Positions 8,826 to 16,483 are shown, counted from the stretch's first letter. The stretch: 48,003 nt of DNA from an uncultured Candidatus Saccharibacteria bacterium (GCA_964615845.1 CAZTRC010000003.1:1-48003), one strand, 5' to 3'. The notes: a model not told the origin generated them from the sequence alone. Translations and numbers: made by a program.

Positions 8826-9308
8826 ATGGAATATGAGGCAACAATTTCTGAACTTATAATCAGTCATTTACTTTCTGCGCGTTCTTCCTATCGCCAAAAG
8901 AAAATATTGTGGGAACTGGTCAGAAAAAGGATGAAGTCGTCGAAGCAAAATTACTATCAGGCAGTGTATCGGCTTTCAAAGAAAGGTTTCATAAAGGAAA
9001 AAGATCAAGGTTATATTTTGAGTGACACTGGGAAATCTGAGTATGCGAATTTATATCGTCCGATAAAAAAGAAAATAAAGAAGACGAAAAAGATTCTTGT
9101 GATATTTGATATTCCGGAGTCTAAGAGAAAGATACGGGGATGGATTCGTAGTCAGTTGCGATGGTGGAATTTCAAGATGATGCAAAAAAGTGTTTGGCTG
9201 GGTGACGGACCTTTACCTGTCGAGTTCAAAGAAAGACTAAAAGATTTGGGTGTACGAAAGTCCGTACTAATTTTTACAGTAAAATCAGAAAAGCAAGGAA
9301 GTATCTAG
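8826..9308 (+). CDS. PaaX-like winged-helix regulator with a Cas2-fold (ferredoxin-like) domain
   Basis: 160 aa. The N-terminal wHTH-like segment is ...YYQAVYRLSKKGFIKEKDQGYILSDTG. The segment KILVIFDIPESKRKIRGWIRSQLRWWNFKMMQKSVWL matches the PaaX middle domain / Cas2 beta-alpha-beta-beta-alpha-beta signature (xxVxYDIPE..R..R..L...GF..LQ.SVW). Confidence 0.6.
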   Translation: MEYEATISELIISHLLSARSSYRQKKILWELVRKRMKSSKQNYYQAVYRLSKKGFIKEKDQGYILSDTGKSEYANLYRPIKKKIKKTKKILVIFDIPESKRKIRGWIRSQLRWWNFKMMQKSVWLGDGPLPVEFKERLKDLGVRKSVLIFTVKSEKQGSI

Positions 9309-9313
9309 AAAAA

Positions 9314-9349
9314 TCTAACGTAATCTGACGGTCGTCAAATATAGTTAGA
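9314..9349. repeat. 36-bp nested palindrome, copy 2
   Basis: The sequence is TCTAACgtaatctGACGgtCGTCaaatataGTTAGA. It starts 6 nt after the stop at 9308 and lies 48 nt upstream of rnhB. Confidence 0.85.
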
Positions 9350-9396
9350 TTTATTTATCGGGGTTTTTGTGGGTGATGTTGTGTTAAAATCGGATC

Positions 9397-9987
9397 ATGA
9401 AATGGATTGTCGGAATTGACGAGGTGGGCAGGGGACCGGTCGCTGGGCCGGTGTATGTTTGCGCTTTTTGGGCCGAGGCGGGAGAGATTGAGAGTATTGT
9501 CGCCGGAGCAAAATTGCCGCTTCGGGATTCGAAGAAATTGACCAAGAAAATGCGCGAGAAGTGGTTTCAGTATTTGCAGGATTTGGCGAAGCAAAAGAGA
9601 GTGCGGTACGTCATGACCAAAGCTTCCGCTCGAGAAATCGATGACAAGGGTATTGCCGTCTGCATCCGCGCGGCAGTCGATAACTGTCTCGAGAAATTAA
9701 ATCTCGATATTGCCGAAACAAAAGTCTTTCTCGATGGCGGACTAAGGACGCTAGAGAAATATAATCAAGAAACAGTGATAAAAGGTGACGAAAATATTCC
9801 CGTCATCGCGCTTGCATCAATCGTCGCCAAAGTTTCGCGCGATGCGGAAATGCAGGAGCTTGCGAAAGAGTATCCGGATTATCTGTGGGATAAAAATTCC
9901 GGCTACGGTACGAGCGCGCACATGAAAGCGATTAGGGAAAAGGGAACATGCCCATTGCACCGTATTTCGTTTTTGAAGAATATATGA
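9397..9987 (+). CDS. rnhB: ribonuclease HII
   Basis: The N-terminus IVGIDEVGRGPVAGPV contains the catalytic DE motif. DSKKL and the C-terminal GYGT..H motif are also present. Confidence 0.93.
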   Translation: MKWIVGIDEVGRGPVAGPVYVCAFWAEAGEIESIVAGAKLPLRDSKKLTKKMREKWFQYLQDLAKQKRVRYVMTKASAREIDDKGIAVCIRAAVDNCLEKLNLDIAETKVFLDGGLRTLEKYNQETVIKGDENIPVIALASIVAKVSRDAEMQELAKEYPDYLWDKNSGYGTSAHMKAIREKGTCPLHRISFLKNI

Positions 9988-10128
9988 TAATTTATCGCTA
10001 CACAAATATCATTTTTCAAAAAGACCGGAATATTTTTTCTGATTCAAGTCAATGAAAAAATTTCCTCCGACTCGTCCTACGGACTCCGTCGAGCCTTTTT
10101 GAAAAATATATTTGTTCCGCTTCGCTTT

Positions 10129-10779
10129 ATGCAAAATAAATTACCTGAAAACATAATTCTCGTCGACAAGCCCAAGGGTATCACCAGTTTTGATGTTATT
10201 CGCCGTTTGCGCAAAGAACTTGGGATAAAGAAAATGGGCCACGCCGGGACGCTTGATCCACTTGCGAGCGGTCTCATGATTATCGGCATCAATGACGGAA
10301 CAAAGAAAATGGAGCAATTCCTAAAACTTGATAAGACGTATATTGCCGAAATTTTGCTCGGGACCAAAACGACAACGGGCGATCTCGAGGGCGAAGTTTT
10401 GGAACTCCGTGAGATTTTTGATTTAGAAGAAGATTATGTGAGGGAAGTGGTAGAGAATTTCAAAGGCATTTTCGAAATCGCTGTGCCGAAACATTCGGCT
10501 ATCAAGCGCGGCGGCAAACCGCTCTACGAATACGCTCGCGAAAATATCGAGATCGAAATCCCGAAAAAACCGATGCAAGTTTACAAGAGCAAATTTCGGG
10601 GCTTGAAAAAAGAAGGCGAAGGTTACCTTTTGAAAGTCGAATTTGATGTCGCAAGCGGTGTCTACATCCGCTCGCTTGCCGAATATCTGGGAGAATTCCT
10701 CGATGTGCCAGCAACGCTAGCGGGACTCCAAAGGACCAAAATAGGGGAATTCTCGCTCAAAAAAGCCCGTAAAATATAG
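10129..10779 (+). CDS. truB: tRNA pseudouridine-55 synthase TruB
   Basis: ILVDKPKGITSFDVIRRLRKELGIKKMGHAGTLDPLASGLMIIG contains the catalytic Asp motif. The track ORF starts at a TTG at 10099, but the ATG at 10129 is preferred. Confidence 0.92.
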   Translation: MQNKLPENIILVDKPKGITSFDVIRRLRKELGIKKMGHAGTLDPLASGLMIIGINDGTKKMEQFLKLDKTYIAEILLGTKTTTGDLEGEVLELREIFDLEEDYVREVVENFKGIFEIAVPKHSAIKRGGKPLYEYARENIEIEIPKKPMQVYKSKFRGLKKEGEGYLLKVEFDVASGVYIRSLAEYLGEFLDVPATLAGLQRTKIGEFSLKKARKI

Positions 10780-10894
10780 GTTTTTGGGCTATTGCCCGCC
10801 ATTGACTTTTATATCCTTTTGTGATACTATATACCCAAACGAGTGCGCCCTTTGACACTTGTTGAACCAACAACAGAAACCAAACACCTCACGC

Positions 10895-11923
10895 ATGAAA
10901 TCGTTCCAACCCTTCCTCGCGATCTGCACGATCGCTGTGTGTGCCGCTGTCAACGCTCAGACGGTGACTACCGTTAACGTGAGCAACCTCTACGGAGGAT
11001 ATGGTCATGTCAGGGACTCCTTGTCGTTCACGATTCGTATGAACGTGACCGATCTCGGGAACCAGACTTGCCTGGTCCGCAGTGTCGACGTTGATCCGTT
11101 CGGCACCTGGACTGATCCGATCCAAGACGTTGCGTTGAGTACCGTACCCCTCGGCATCCACGAGTTCAACGTTCCGTTGACCTCCGGGGCAGTCAGTTAC
11201 GAACTCACCTTGCACTACCGCTACATCTCGGACCCAGATGGTCCAGGTGGCGCGAACGCGGGTGACGACATTCCCGGCTACCCGAAGATCATCTCTGATG
11301 TCCAGCCAAAAGCGAACCCGAACATCCACTTTGAGGAGTTCTGGATTATCGGCAATTACCTGCACATCGAGCTTGAGACCGGACGTTATGTGGATCCGCA
11401 GCCTGGTGGGACCGAGTTCTACGCGGACATCTTGTTCGATCTCCTCGACGACAATGGTTTCGTCGCCTGGAATGATCTGAGCAACGTGAATCCCGCTGGC
11501 TATCCAACGTTGACCAAGACGTATGATATCTGGTTGGGCTTGCTTCCGCCTGGTCTGTACTGTCCTCGGGCAAGGTTGCTCTACAGTCATGATGGTCCCG
11601 GTAACTCGTACGACTTCATCGACCATGTAGTGGACGAAACCGATCCGGTCTGCGATGACTGGGTTGGTATCTCCACCGACACCTCGGAGCTCACGGCAGA
11701 AGGTATGGGGGACATTTCCCTTTATCCGAATCCGACAAGCGACCAGATCAAACTCGGCAACCTCGAGATCAATAAGAACCTCGAGGTGTGCGATGCTAGG
11801 GGCCGCATGATCCGGACGTTGTTGCCAAGCGCTGCGAGCATCGCGCACGATGTCTCGGATCTGGCAGCAGGAATATACATGGTGAAGCAAGGCGGACGCA
11901 TCTGCCGGTTCAGCAAGACCTGA
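10895..11923 (+). CDS. secreted protein with a T9SS-type (Por_Secre_tail-like) C-terminal sorting domain
   Basis: The signal peptide is MKSFQPFLAICTIAVCAAVNAQ. The C-terminus, SLYPNPTSDQIKLGNL....LEVCDARGRMIRTL....HDVSDLAAGIYMVKQGGRICRFSKT, follows the YPNP...(I/V)xDxxGRxV...D(V/L)SxLxxGxY...K pattern. The gene is visibly GC-richer than truB and produces a 375-aa antisense shadow ORF. Confidence 0.7.
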   Translation: MKSFQPFLAICTIAVCAAVNAQTVTTVNVSNLYGGYGHVRDSLSFTIRMNVTDLGNQTCLVRSVDVDPFGTWTDPIQDVALSTVPLGIHEFNVPLTSGAVSYELTLHYRYISDPDGPGGANAGDDIPGYPKIISDVQPKANPNIHFEEFWIIGNYLHIELETGRYVDPQPGGTEFYADILFDLLDDNGFVAWNDLSNVNPAGYPTLTKTYDIWLGLLPPGLYCPRARLLYSHDGPGNSYDFIDHVVDETDPVCDDWVGISTDTSELTAEGMGDISLYPNPTSDQIKLGNLEINKNLEVCDARGRMIRTLLPSAASIAHDVSDLAAGIYMVKQGGRICRFSKT

Positions 11924-11950
11924 TCCAAGCCCTCCCCGGGCTTGGTGAAG

Positions 11951-11980
11951 AAAAGCCCCGCTACGGCGGGGTTTTTCATT
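11951..11980 (+). terminator. rho-independent terminator
   Basis: AAAAGCCCCGC-TACG-GCGGGGTTTTT. Confidence 0.85.
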
Positions 11981-11997
11981 TGTGATATAATTTCGCC

Positions 11998-13245
11998 ATG
12001 AATCAAAACAACCCATTTCAAAATTACTTGGACAACTTGGCGCGAGCGGGCGAGGCTCTGGGGCTCACTCCGGCCGAAATCGAAAAACTATCCGTACCGC
12101 AAAATATTATCCAGTCAGACCTCGTCATCAAAACTTCCAAAGGCGATGAGACATTTCCGGCCTATCGGGTGCAATTCAATAATGCGCGCGGACCATTCAA
12201 GGGCGGTATCAGATTCCATCCAGCGGCCGACCTTGATGAAGTGAAGGCTCTCGCGGCTCTCATGGCGGTTAAATGCGCTGTCGTTGGCATTCCTCTCGGC
12301 GGAGCCAAGGGCGGGGTGACCATAGATCCGAAGCAATATGGTGCTAAAGATTTGGAATTGGTCGCGCGCGCTTGGGCCCGCGCGATGCAGCCGCACATAG
12401 GGGTCGCCAAGGACATCCCAGCTCCGGACGTGTACACCAACAGCCAGACGATGGCGCACATTTTGGATGAGTATGAGCAGATTGTCGGACACGAAGAGTT
12501 TGGTGTCATCACCGGGAAGCCTCTCGAGCTCGGCGGATCACTTGGCAGGAATATCGCGACGGCTCAAGGCGGCATCTACGTCCTCTCTGAACTTTTACAA
12601 AATATGAATTTGCGTCCGGAGGACATGCGTGTCGCAGTCCAGGGTTTCGGTAATGCCGGTTATACTGCAGCGTCAATCCTCCACAACATGGATTACAAAA
12701 TCGTGGCGGTGTCGGACTCGTCCGGCGGCATTTATGCCGAGGGCGGGCTCGACCCCGAAGAACTCAATCGTTTCAAAGAAGAAGGCAAAAGTCTGTCAGA
12801 ATTTTCCAAAGATGGTTTCAAGAATATTACGAACGAAGAACTCCTCGTGTCTCCCTGCGATATCTTGATTCCAGCGGCGCTCGACAATCAGATTACCAAA
12901 GAAAATGCCGGAGATATCAAAGCGAAAATCGTGTTAGAGCTTGCCAACGGCCCGACGACTCCCGAAGCCGACGCAATTCTTTTCGAGAAAGGAATCACCC
13001 TCATTCCAGATGTCTTGGCCAATGCCGGCGGCGTCACGGTTTCGTATTTTGAGTGGGTTCAAAACAGGAGCGGCGACAGATGGAAAGAAACGGACGTTTT
13101 GCAAAAATTAAAAGATATCATGTCCGAGAGCTTCAAAGGCGTTTATGCTCTGGCCAAAGAGAAAAATATCGACTTGCGTCTCGGAGCTTTCTCCCTAGGT
13201 GTCAAAAGGATTGTTGACGCGATGAAATTGAGAGGACGGATATAA
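11998..13245 (+). CDS. gdhA: Glu/Leu/Phe/Val-family dehydrogenase, most likely glutamate dehydrogenase
   Basis: 415 aa. GPFKGGIRFHP is the catalytic Lys motif, GIPLGGAKGG is present, and the Rossmann motif is VQGFGNAG. Confidence 0.9.
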   Translation: MNQNNPFQNYLDNLARAGEALGLTPAEIEKLSVPQNIIQSDLVIKTSKGDETFPAYRVQFNNARGPFKGGIRFHPAADLDEVKALAALMAVKCAVVGIPLGGAKGGVTIDPKQYGAKDLELVARAWARAMQPHIGVAKDIPAPDVYTNSQTMAHILDEYEQIVGHEEFGVITGKPLELGGSLGRNIATAQGGIYVLSELLQNMNLRPEDMRVAVQGFGNAGYTAASILHNMDYKIVAVSDSSGGIYAEGGLDPEELNRFKEEGKSLSEFSKDGFKNITNEELLVSPCDILIPAALDNQITKENAGDIKAKIVLELANGPTTPEADAILFEKGITLIPDVLANAGGVTVSYFEWVQNRSGDRWKETDVLQKLKDIMSESFKGVYALAKEKNIDLRLGAFSLGVKRIVDAMKLRGRI

Positions 13246-13249
13246 TTAA

Positions 13250-13347
13250 GCCGGGGCGCTTTCGTGATTTTTTCGGTCCTCGGGTCGGCCAGAGGGTCGG
13301 GGCGATGGCCTCAACCAGACACGCAAAAATCACGAAAGCGCCCCGGC
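13250..13347. repeat. long perfect hairpin with conserved split core, copy 1
   Basis: 13250-13272 is the exact reverse complement of 13325-13347 (23 bp). The 52-nt interior shares a 15-nt 5' block and a 13-nt 3' block with the reverse complement of the interior of 44928-45024. Confidence 0.9.
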
Positions 13348-13354
13348 CCACCAG

Positions 13355-14464
13355 ATGAAAAACTACATTGTAGAAAAAAAGAAACGGCTTGAAACATTCC
13401 TCCGGGAGAATAGGAATTACGCCATGCCGGCAATACTTCTCGTCGGTTTTTTTCTCGATACTCTGACGCTACGGCAGATCGATCGCGTTTTCGACAATGT
13501 CGTCTTGCTAACGCACATGTTCATTATCGCGACGACGATTGCTCTTCTTTTTTCGGTCGACACTCGTTTCGGTCGGCGGTTTGGTTTGGAAAACAAGAAA
13601 TCGACCATTTCAGCTTTGATGCTCTTTTCTTTCGGCGGCCTCTTCTCGGGTTTTGTCGTTTTCTATTCGCGTTCAGGTTCGCTCATTTCGAGCTGGCCAT
13701 TTATACTCCTCATGCTTCTTCTTATGATCGCGACCGAGATGCGCAAGAAATACTATGAGAAATTAATTTTGCAAATCACCATTTTCTATATCGGTATTTT
13801 CTCTTATCTCATTTTCTCCTTGCCCGTCGTCGTGAAAAAAATGGGTACCACAATTTATCTTTTGAGCGGCGTCGTGAGCCTTCTTTTCATTTATGGCTAT
13901 CTCGCGCTCTTGCAACGCATTGATCGGCAGAAGATGAAAATTCACACCAAGAAACTCTTTGTCCGCATCGTTTCCATCTTCGTTGTGTTTAATCTTTTGT
14001 ATTTTACCAACATTATCCCGCCGATTCCGCTGTCCTTGAATTTCATCTCCGTGTATCATGATTTTTTTCGTATCCAAGCTGTCGAATATCGCGGGCAATA
14101 CGAAGTGCCGCCAGTGTGGCAATTTTGGCGCAAAAGGAGCCGGGTCTTTCACCGCGAAGCTGGCGAGACGATTTATGTCTTTAGCGAGGTTTACGCGCCG
14201 ATCAATCTCAATACCGACATCTATCACAAATGGGAATATTTCGATTCCAAGAAAACGCGCTGGATCGAGACCGACGAAGTCCGGATTCCGATTACCGGCG
14301 GACGCGCCGACGGTTTCCGAGGATTCTCGAAGAAGACCAATGTCTTCCCGGGCTCTTGGCGGGTGAAAATCACGACGGGAAGAGGGCAGATGATTGGCCG
14401 GATTACTTTTAAGATAAAGAATGCTGAGGAGCCAATTATCACCAAGGAAGAAGTTTTCCGTTGA
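13355..14464 (+). CDS. polytopic membrane protein with a soluble beta-rich C-terminal domain (possibly DUF2914-like)
   Basis: 369 aa with about 7 hydrophobic helices. The C-terminal domain ends GSWRVKITTGRGQMIGRITFKIK. The family assignment is from memory only. Confidence 0.6.
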   Translation: MKNYIVEKKKRLETFLRENRNYAMPAILLVGFFLDTLTLRQIDRVFDNVVLLTHMFIIATTIALLFSVDTRFGRRFGLENKKSTISALMLFSFGGLFSGFVVFYSRSGSLISSWPFILLMLLLMIATEMRKKYYEKLILQITIFYIGIFSYLIFSLPVVVKKMGTTIYLLSGVVSLLFIYGYLALLQRIDRQKMKIHTKKLFVRIVSIFVVFNLLYFTNIIPPIPLSLNFISVYHDFFRIQAVEYRGQYEVPPVWQFWRKRSRVFHREAGETIYVFSEVYAPINLNTDIYHKWEYFDSKKTRWIETDEVRIPITGGRADGFRGFSKKTNVFPGSWRVKITTGRGQMIGRITFKIKNAEEPIITKEEVFR

Positions 14465-14565
14465 CTCGCCCCGGGCTTCGTCGTATCATTGAGAGGCGAG
14501 TTTGTATGAACAGTAGTCGAATACGTTCATCTGGTTCGTAATTAAAAAATTATTTTAATATCAAA

Positions 14566-14781
14566 ATGTATAACGATAGAAATGATCAGGGTGGATCTCA
14601 AGGTCCACGACAAATGTTTACAGGCAACTGGACGTGCGGAAGTTGCGGCAATCCTATTACTGAGCTTCCATTCGAACCGGATCCATCGAGACTTGGTACT
14701 CTGAAGTGCCGAGACTGCCACAAGAAATCAATGGCTGAACGAGGCGGTGGCCAAGGCGGGGGAGGATATCGAAGATTTTAA
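14566..14781 (+). CDS. small CxxC...CxxC zinc-ribbon protein with a Gly-rich tail
   Basis: 71 aa. The core is WTCGSCGNPITELPFEPDPSRLGTLKCRDCH. It resembles the CxxC-x17-CxxC small-protein family, but the spacer here is 20 residues. The tail is GGGQGGGGYRRF. Confidence 0.65.
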   Translation: MYNDRNDQGGSQGPRQMFTGNWTCGSCGNPITELPFEPDPSRLGTLKCRDCHKKSMAERGGGQGGGGYRRF

Positions 14782-14786
14782 TCCAA

Positions 14787-14826
14787 ATAGAAAATGCTCT
14801 GATGTAAAAATCGGAGCATTTTCTAT
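14787..14826. terminator. bidirectional terminator hairpin
   Basis: ATAGAAAATGCTC ... GAGCATTTTCTAT forms a 13-bp stem. It lies between convergent stops at 14781 and 14827. Confidence 0.7.
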
Positions 14827-15603
14827 TTAAAAAATCACCAAAAAGAATACGATGGCTGCGAGGACGCGATAGATGCCGAACGGGATGAAGTTTTTGGTTT
14901 GGACGTAGCGCATCAGGAATTTGATAGCGAGCATAGCGACGAGAAATGCCACGACGAACCCGACTAGGAGAGTATCTATATGGCCTCGGAAGGACTCTGT
15001 TCCCGCTGACGAAATATCTAAAAGTGATGCGCCGAGGAGGACCGGGATAGCCAAGAAAAAAGAAAACTTGGCAATGGCTGCGCGCGAGATACCGAGCGCG
15101 AGACCGCCGATGATGGTCGCCGCCGAGCGTGACACGCCCGGGATGACGGCGAGGGATTGGAATACTCCGATGAAGAAGGACTGCTTGTAAGTAATATCGT
15201 CGGAACTTTTTTGAGACAGAAATCTTTTTTCATAAATGAATTCAAAAATGATGAGTGCTATGCCGCCGATGAGCATGGCCCACAAGACGACGCTCGAAGA
15301 TCCGAGCAGATTATTCTTTACGAATTTATAAAGGGCGAAACCGATGATCATAGTCGGTATCGAGCCGAGAATTACTTTCTTTAGATTTTCTATTTGCCAA
15401 AAAGATTTCCAAAAGAGAAAGAGCACAGCGGCGATAGCGCCGAGCTGGATGATAATCTCAAAACTTTTCAAGAATTCTGTTTCCGGAATGCCGAGTATTT
15501 TTCCGCCGAGGATGAGATGTCCGGTCGAAGATATTGGCAAGAATTCCGTTACGCCCTCAATGATGCCGAGGATAATGCTTTCAAAAATTGTCATAAGCTC
15601 CAT
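14827..15603 (-). CDS. uppP: undecaprenyl-diphosphate phosphatase
   Basis: ILGIIEGVTEFLPISSTGHLIL and PGVSRSAATI are BacA/UppP signatures. The track ORF extends to 15684, but the MELMTIF start at 15603 fits the family N-terminus. Confidence 0.92.
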   Translation of the reverse strand: MELMTIFESIILGIIEGVTEFLPISSTGHLILGGKILGIPETEFLKSFEIIIQLGAIAAVLFLFWKSFWQIENLKKVILGSIPTMIIGFALYKFVKNNLLGSSSVVLWAMLIGGIALIIFEFIYEKRFLSQKSSDDITYKQSFFIGVFQSLAVIPGVSRSAATIIGGLALGISRAAIAKFSFFLAIPVLLGASLLDISSAGTESFRGHIDTLLVGFVVAFLVAMLAIKFLMRYVQTKNFIPFGIYRVLAAIVFFLVIF

Positions 15604-15682
15604 TCTAACAGTATTTCGGAGAGCCAGGAAGTATGGTGGGCCAAAAGCGAGGAGTGGTATAATGGGGCAAAACCCCGACACC

Positions 15683-16483
15683 ATGAGAACCCTGCTTGCC
15701 TTTTGTTTTTCCGTCGCAGTGTATTTCTCTGCGGTGGGTCAGTCCTTTGAGGCTGTGAAGACATTTCTCGATAAGCCTGTTTCCGATAGCGTGCTGGTAG
15801 TCGCGAGAGTTATGCTTGTTGACAACATGAGTACGCGCTCGTCGTCGAGGACGTACAAGGCATCCAATGGTCAGACGATTACGGATGAGGGCGGGACTAA
15901 TTTGGTGCACAGCCCGGCGGCTAGTATGAATATTTCCGTCCTGCTCGGCAAACGGCTGGATAGGAGTTTTCAGGCGTATGTTTTTGGTGAACTCGCGGGC
16001 ACGTCGACATACTTCTACACTCTTGCAGGTGTCGCGCTTATCAATCGTCGCGAGAGGTATTCGCTCGGTATCTATATGGGCGAATCCACCAAGCGCGTTG
16101 TTCGGGTATCGAATATTCGAATTCGTCCTAGCCATTTCGAGGAGAGCGTCGCCCTTGGCGGATATACCGCATTTGATCCGAAAGGCTTTGCTTTTTTCGC
16201 GGCGGCTAGAGTGGAGGAGGCGAGGATTCGTCACCGTGTCTACATTGCATTTAAGCCCGGAGAAGTTATTCCTTGGAAGCCGTTGAGTGGATTTCGGTTG
16301 TTCGGGGAATCGGAATCTTTCCTCGGGATGGGCTTGGGATTGTCCTGGAATACAAAGAGCCGTAAATTCGGAGCGAGTGTTGCTTATATCTATCCAGACA
16401 ATGAAGAGCGCCGATTTCAAAAGGCAATAGGCAATCGTCTGGAGCGAGGCATCGGCATTCGCCTGTGGGTGCAACTCTTGTGA
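15683..16483 (+). CDS. secreted beta-rich hypothetical protein (GC-rich gene)
   Basis: The ATG at 15683 gives MRTLLAFCFSVAVYFSAVGQ, a signal peptide. The track ORF start at 15344 is antisense to uppP. Alternating hydrophobic/polar strands suggest a beta-barrel-like fold. There is a 346-aa antisense shadow ORF. Confidence 0.6.
   Translation: MRTLLAFCFSVAVYFSAVGQSFEAVKTFLDKPVSDSVLVVARVMLVDNMSTRSSSRTYKASNGQTITDEGGTNLVHSPAASMNISVLLGKRLDRSFQAYVFGELAGTSTYFYTLAGVALINRRERYSLGIYMGESTKRVVRVSNIRIRPSHFEESVALGGYTAFDPKGFAFFAAARVEEARIRHRVYIAFKPGEVIPWKPLSGFRLFGESESFLGMGLGLSWNTKSRKFGASVAYIYPDNEERRFQKAIGNRLERGIGIRLWVQLL

Noticed and set aside
8826-9308. A possible CRISPR-Cas locus because of the Cas2-like fold.
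   Set aside because: There is no repeat-spacer array and no other cas gene in the 48 kb. The domain order (wHTH followed by a ferredoxin-like domain) fits PaaX-type regulators better.
10889-12016. 375-aa minus-strand ORF. Similar long antisense ORFs occur at 15605-16645, 39823-40287 and 40846-41763, and there are many 60-160 aa ORFs antisense to secA, dnaE, gyrA, hisS and rpsA.
   Set aside because: They lie antisense to ORFs with clear family motifs or signal peptides. Their products are Arg/Ser/Pro/Cys-rich low-complexity sequences, which is the typical shadow-ORF pattern of GC-rich coding DNA.
13250-13347. Interpretation of the long hairpins as integron attC sites, hammerhead/twister/HDV-like ribozymes, REP/BIME elements or plain terminators.
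   Set aside because: attC R''/R' boxes (RYYYAAC / GTTRRRY) are absent, and in attC the centre is variable rather than conserved. No CUGANGA...GAAA or other ribozyme core that I know could be aligned. REPs are shorter and have conserved stems. There is no U-tract after the stems. The elements are left as an unassigned family.
14508-14535. ATGAAC-N13-GTTCAT palindrome upstream of the zinc-ribbon gene as a second LexA box.
   Set aside because: The spacing (13 nt) is incompatible with the GAAC-N4-GTTC Cheo-box geometry.
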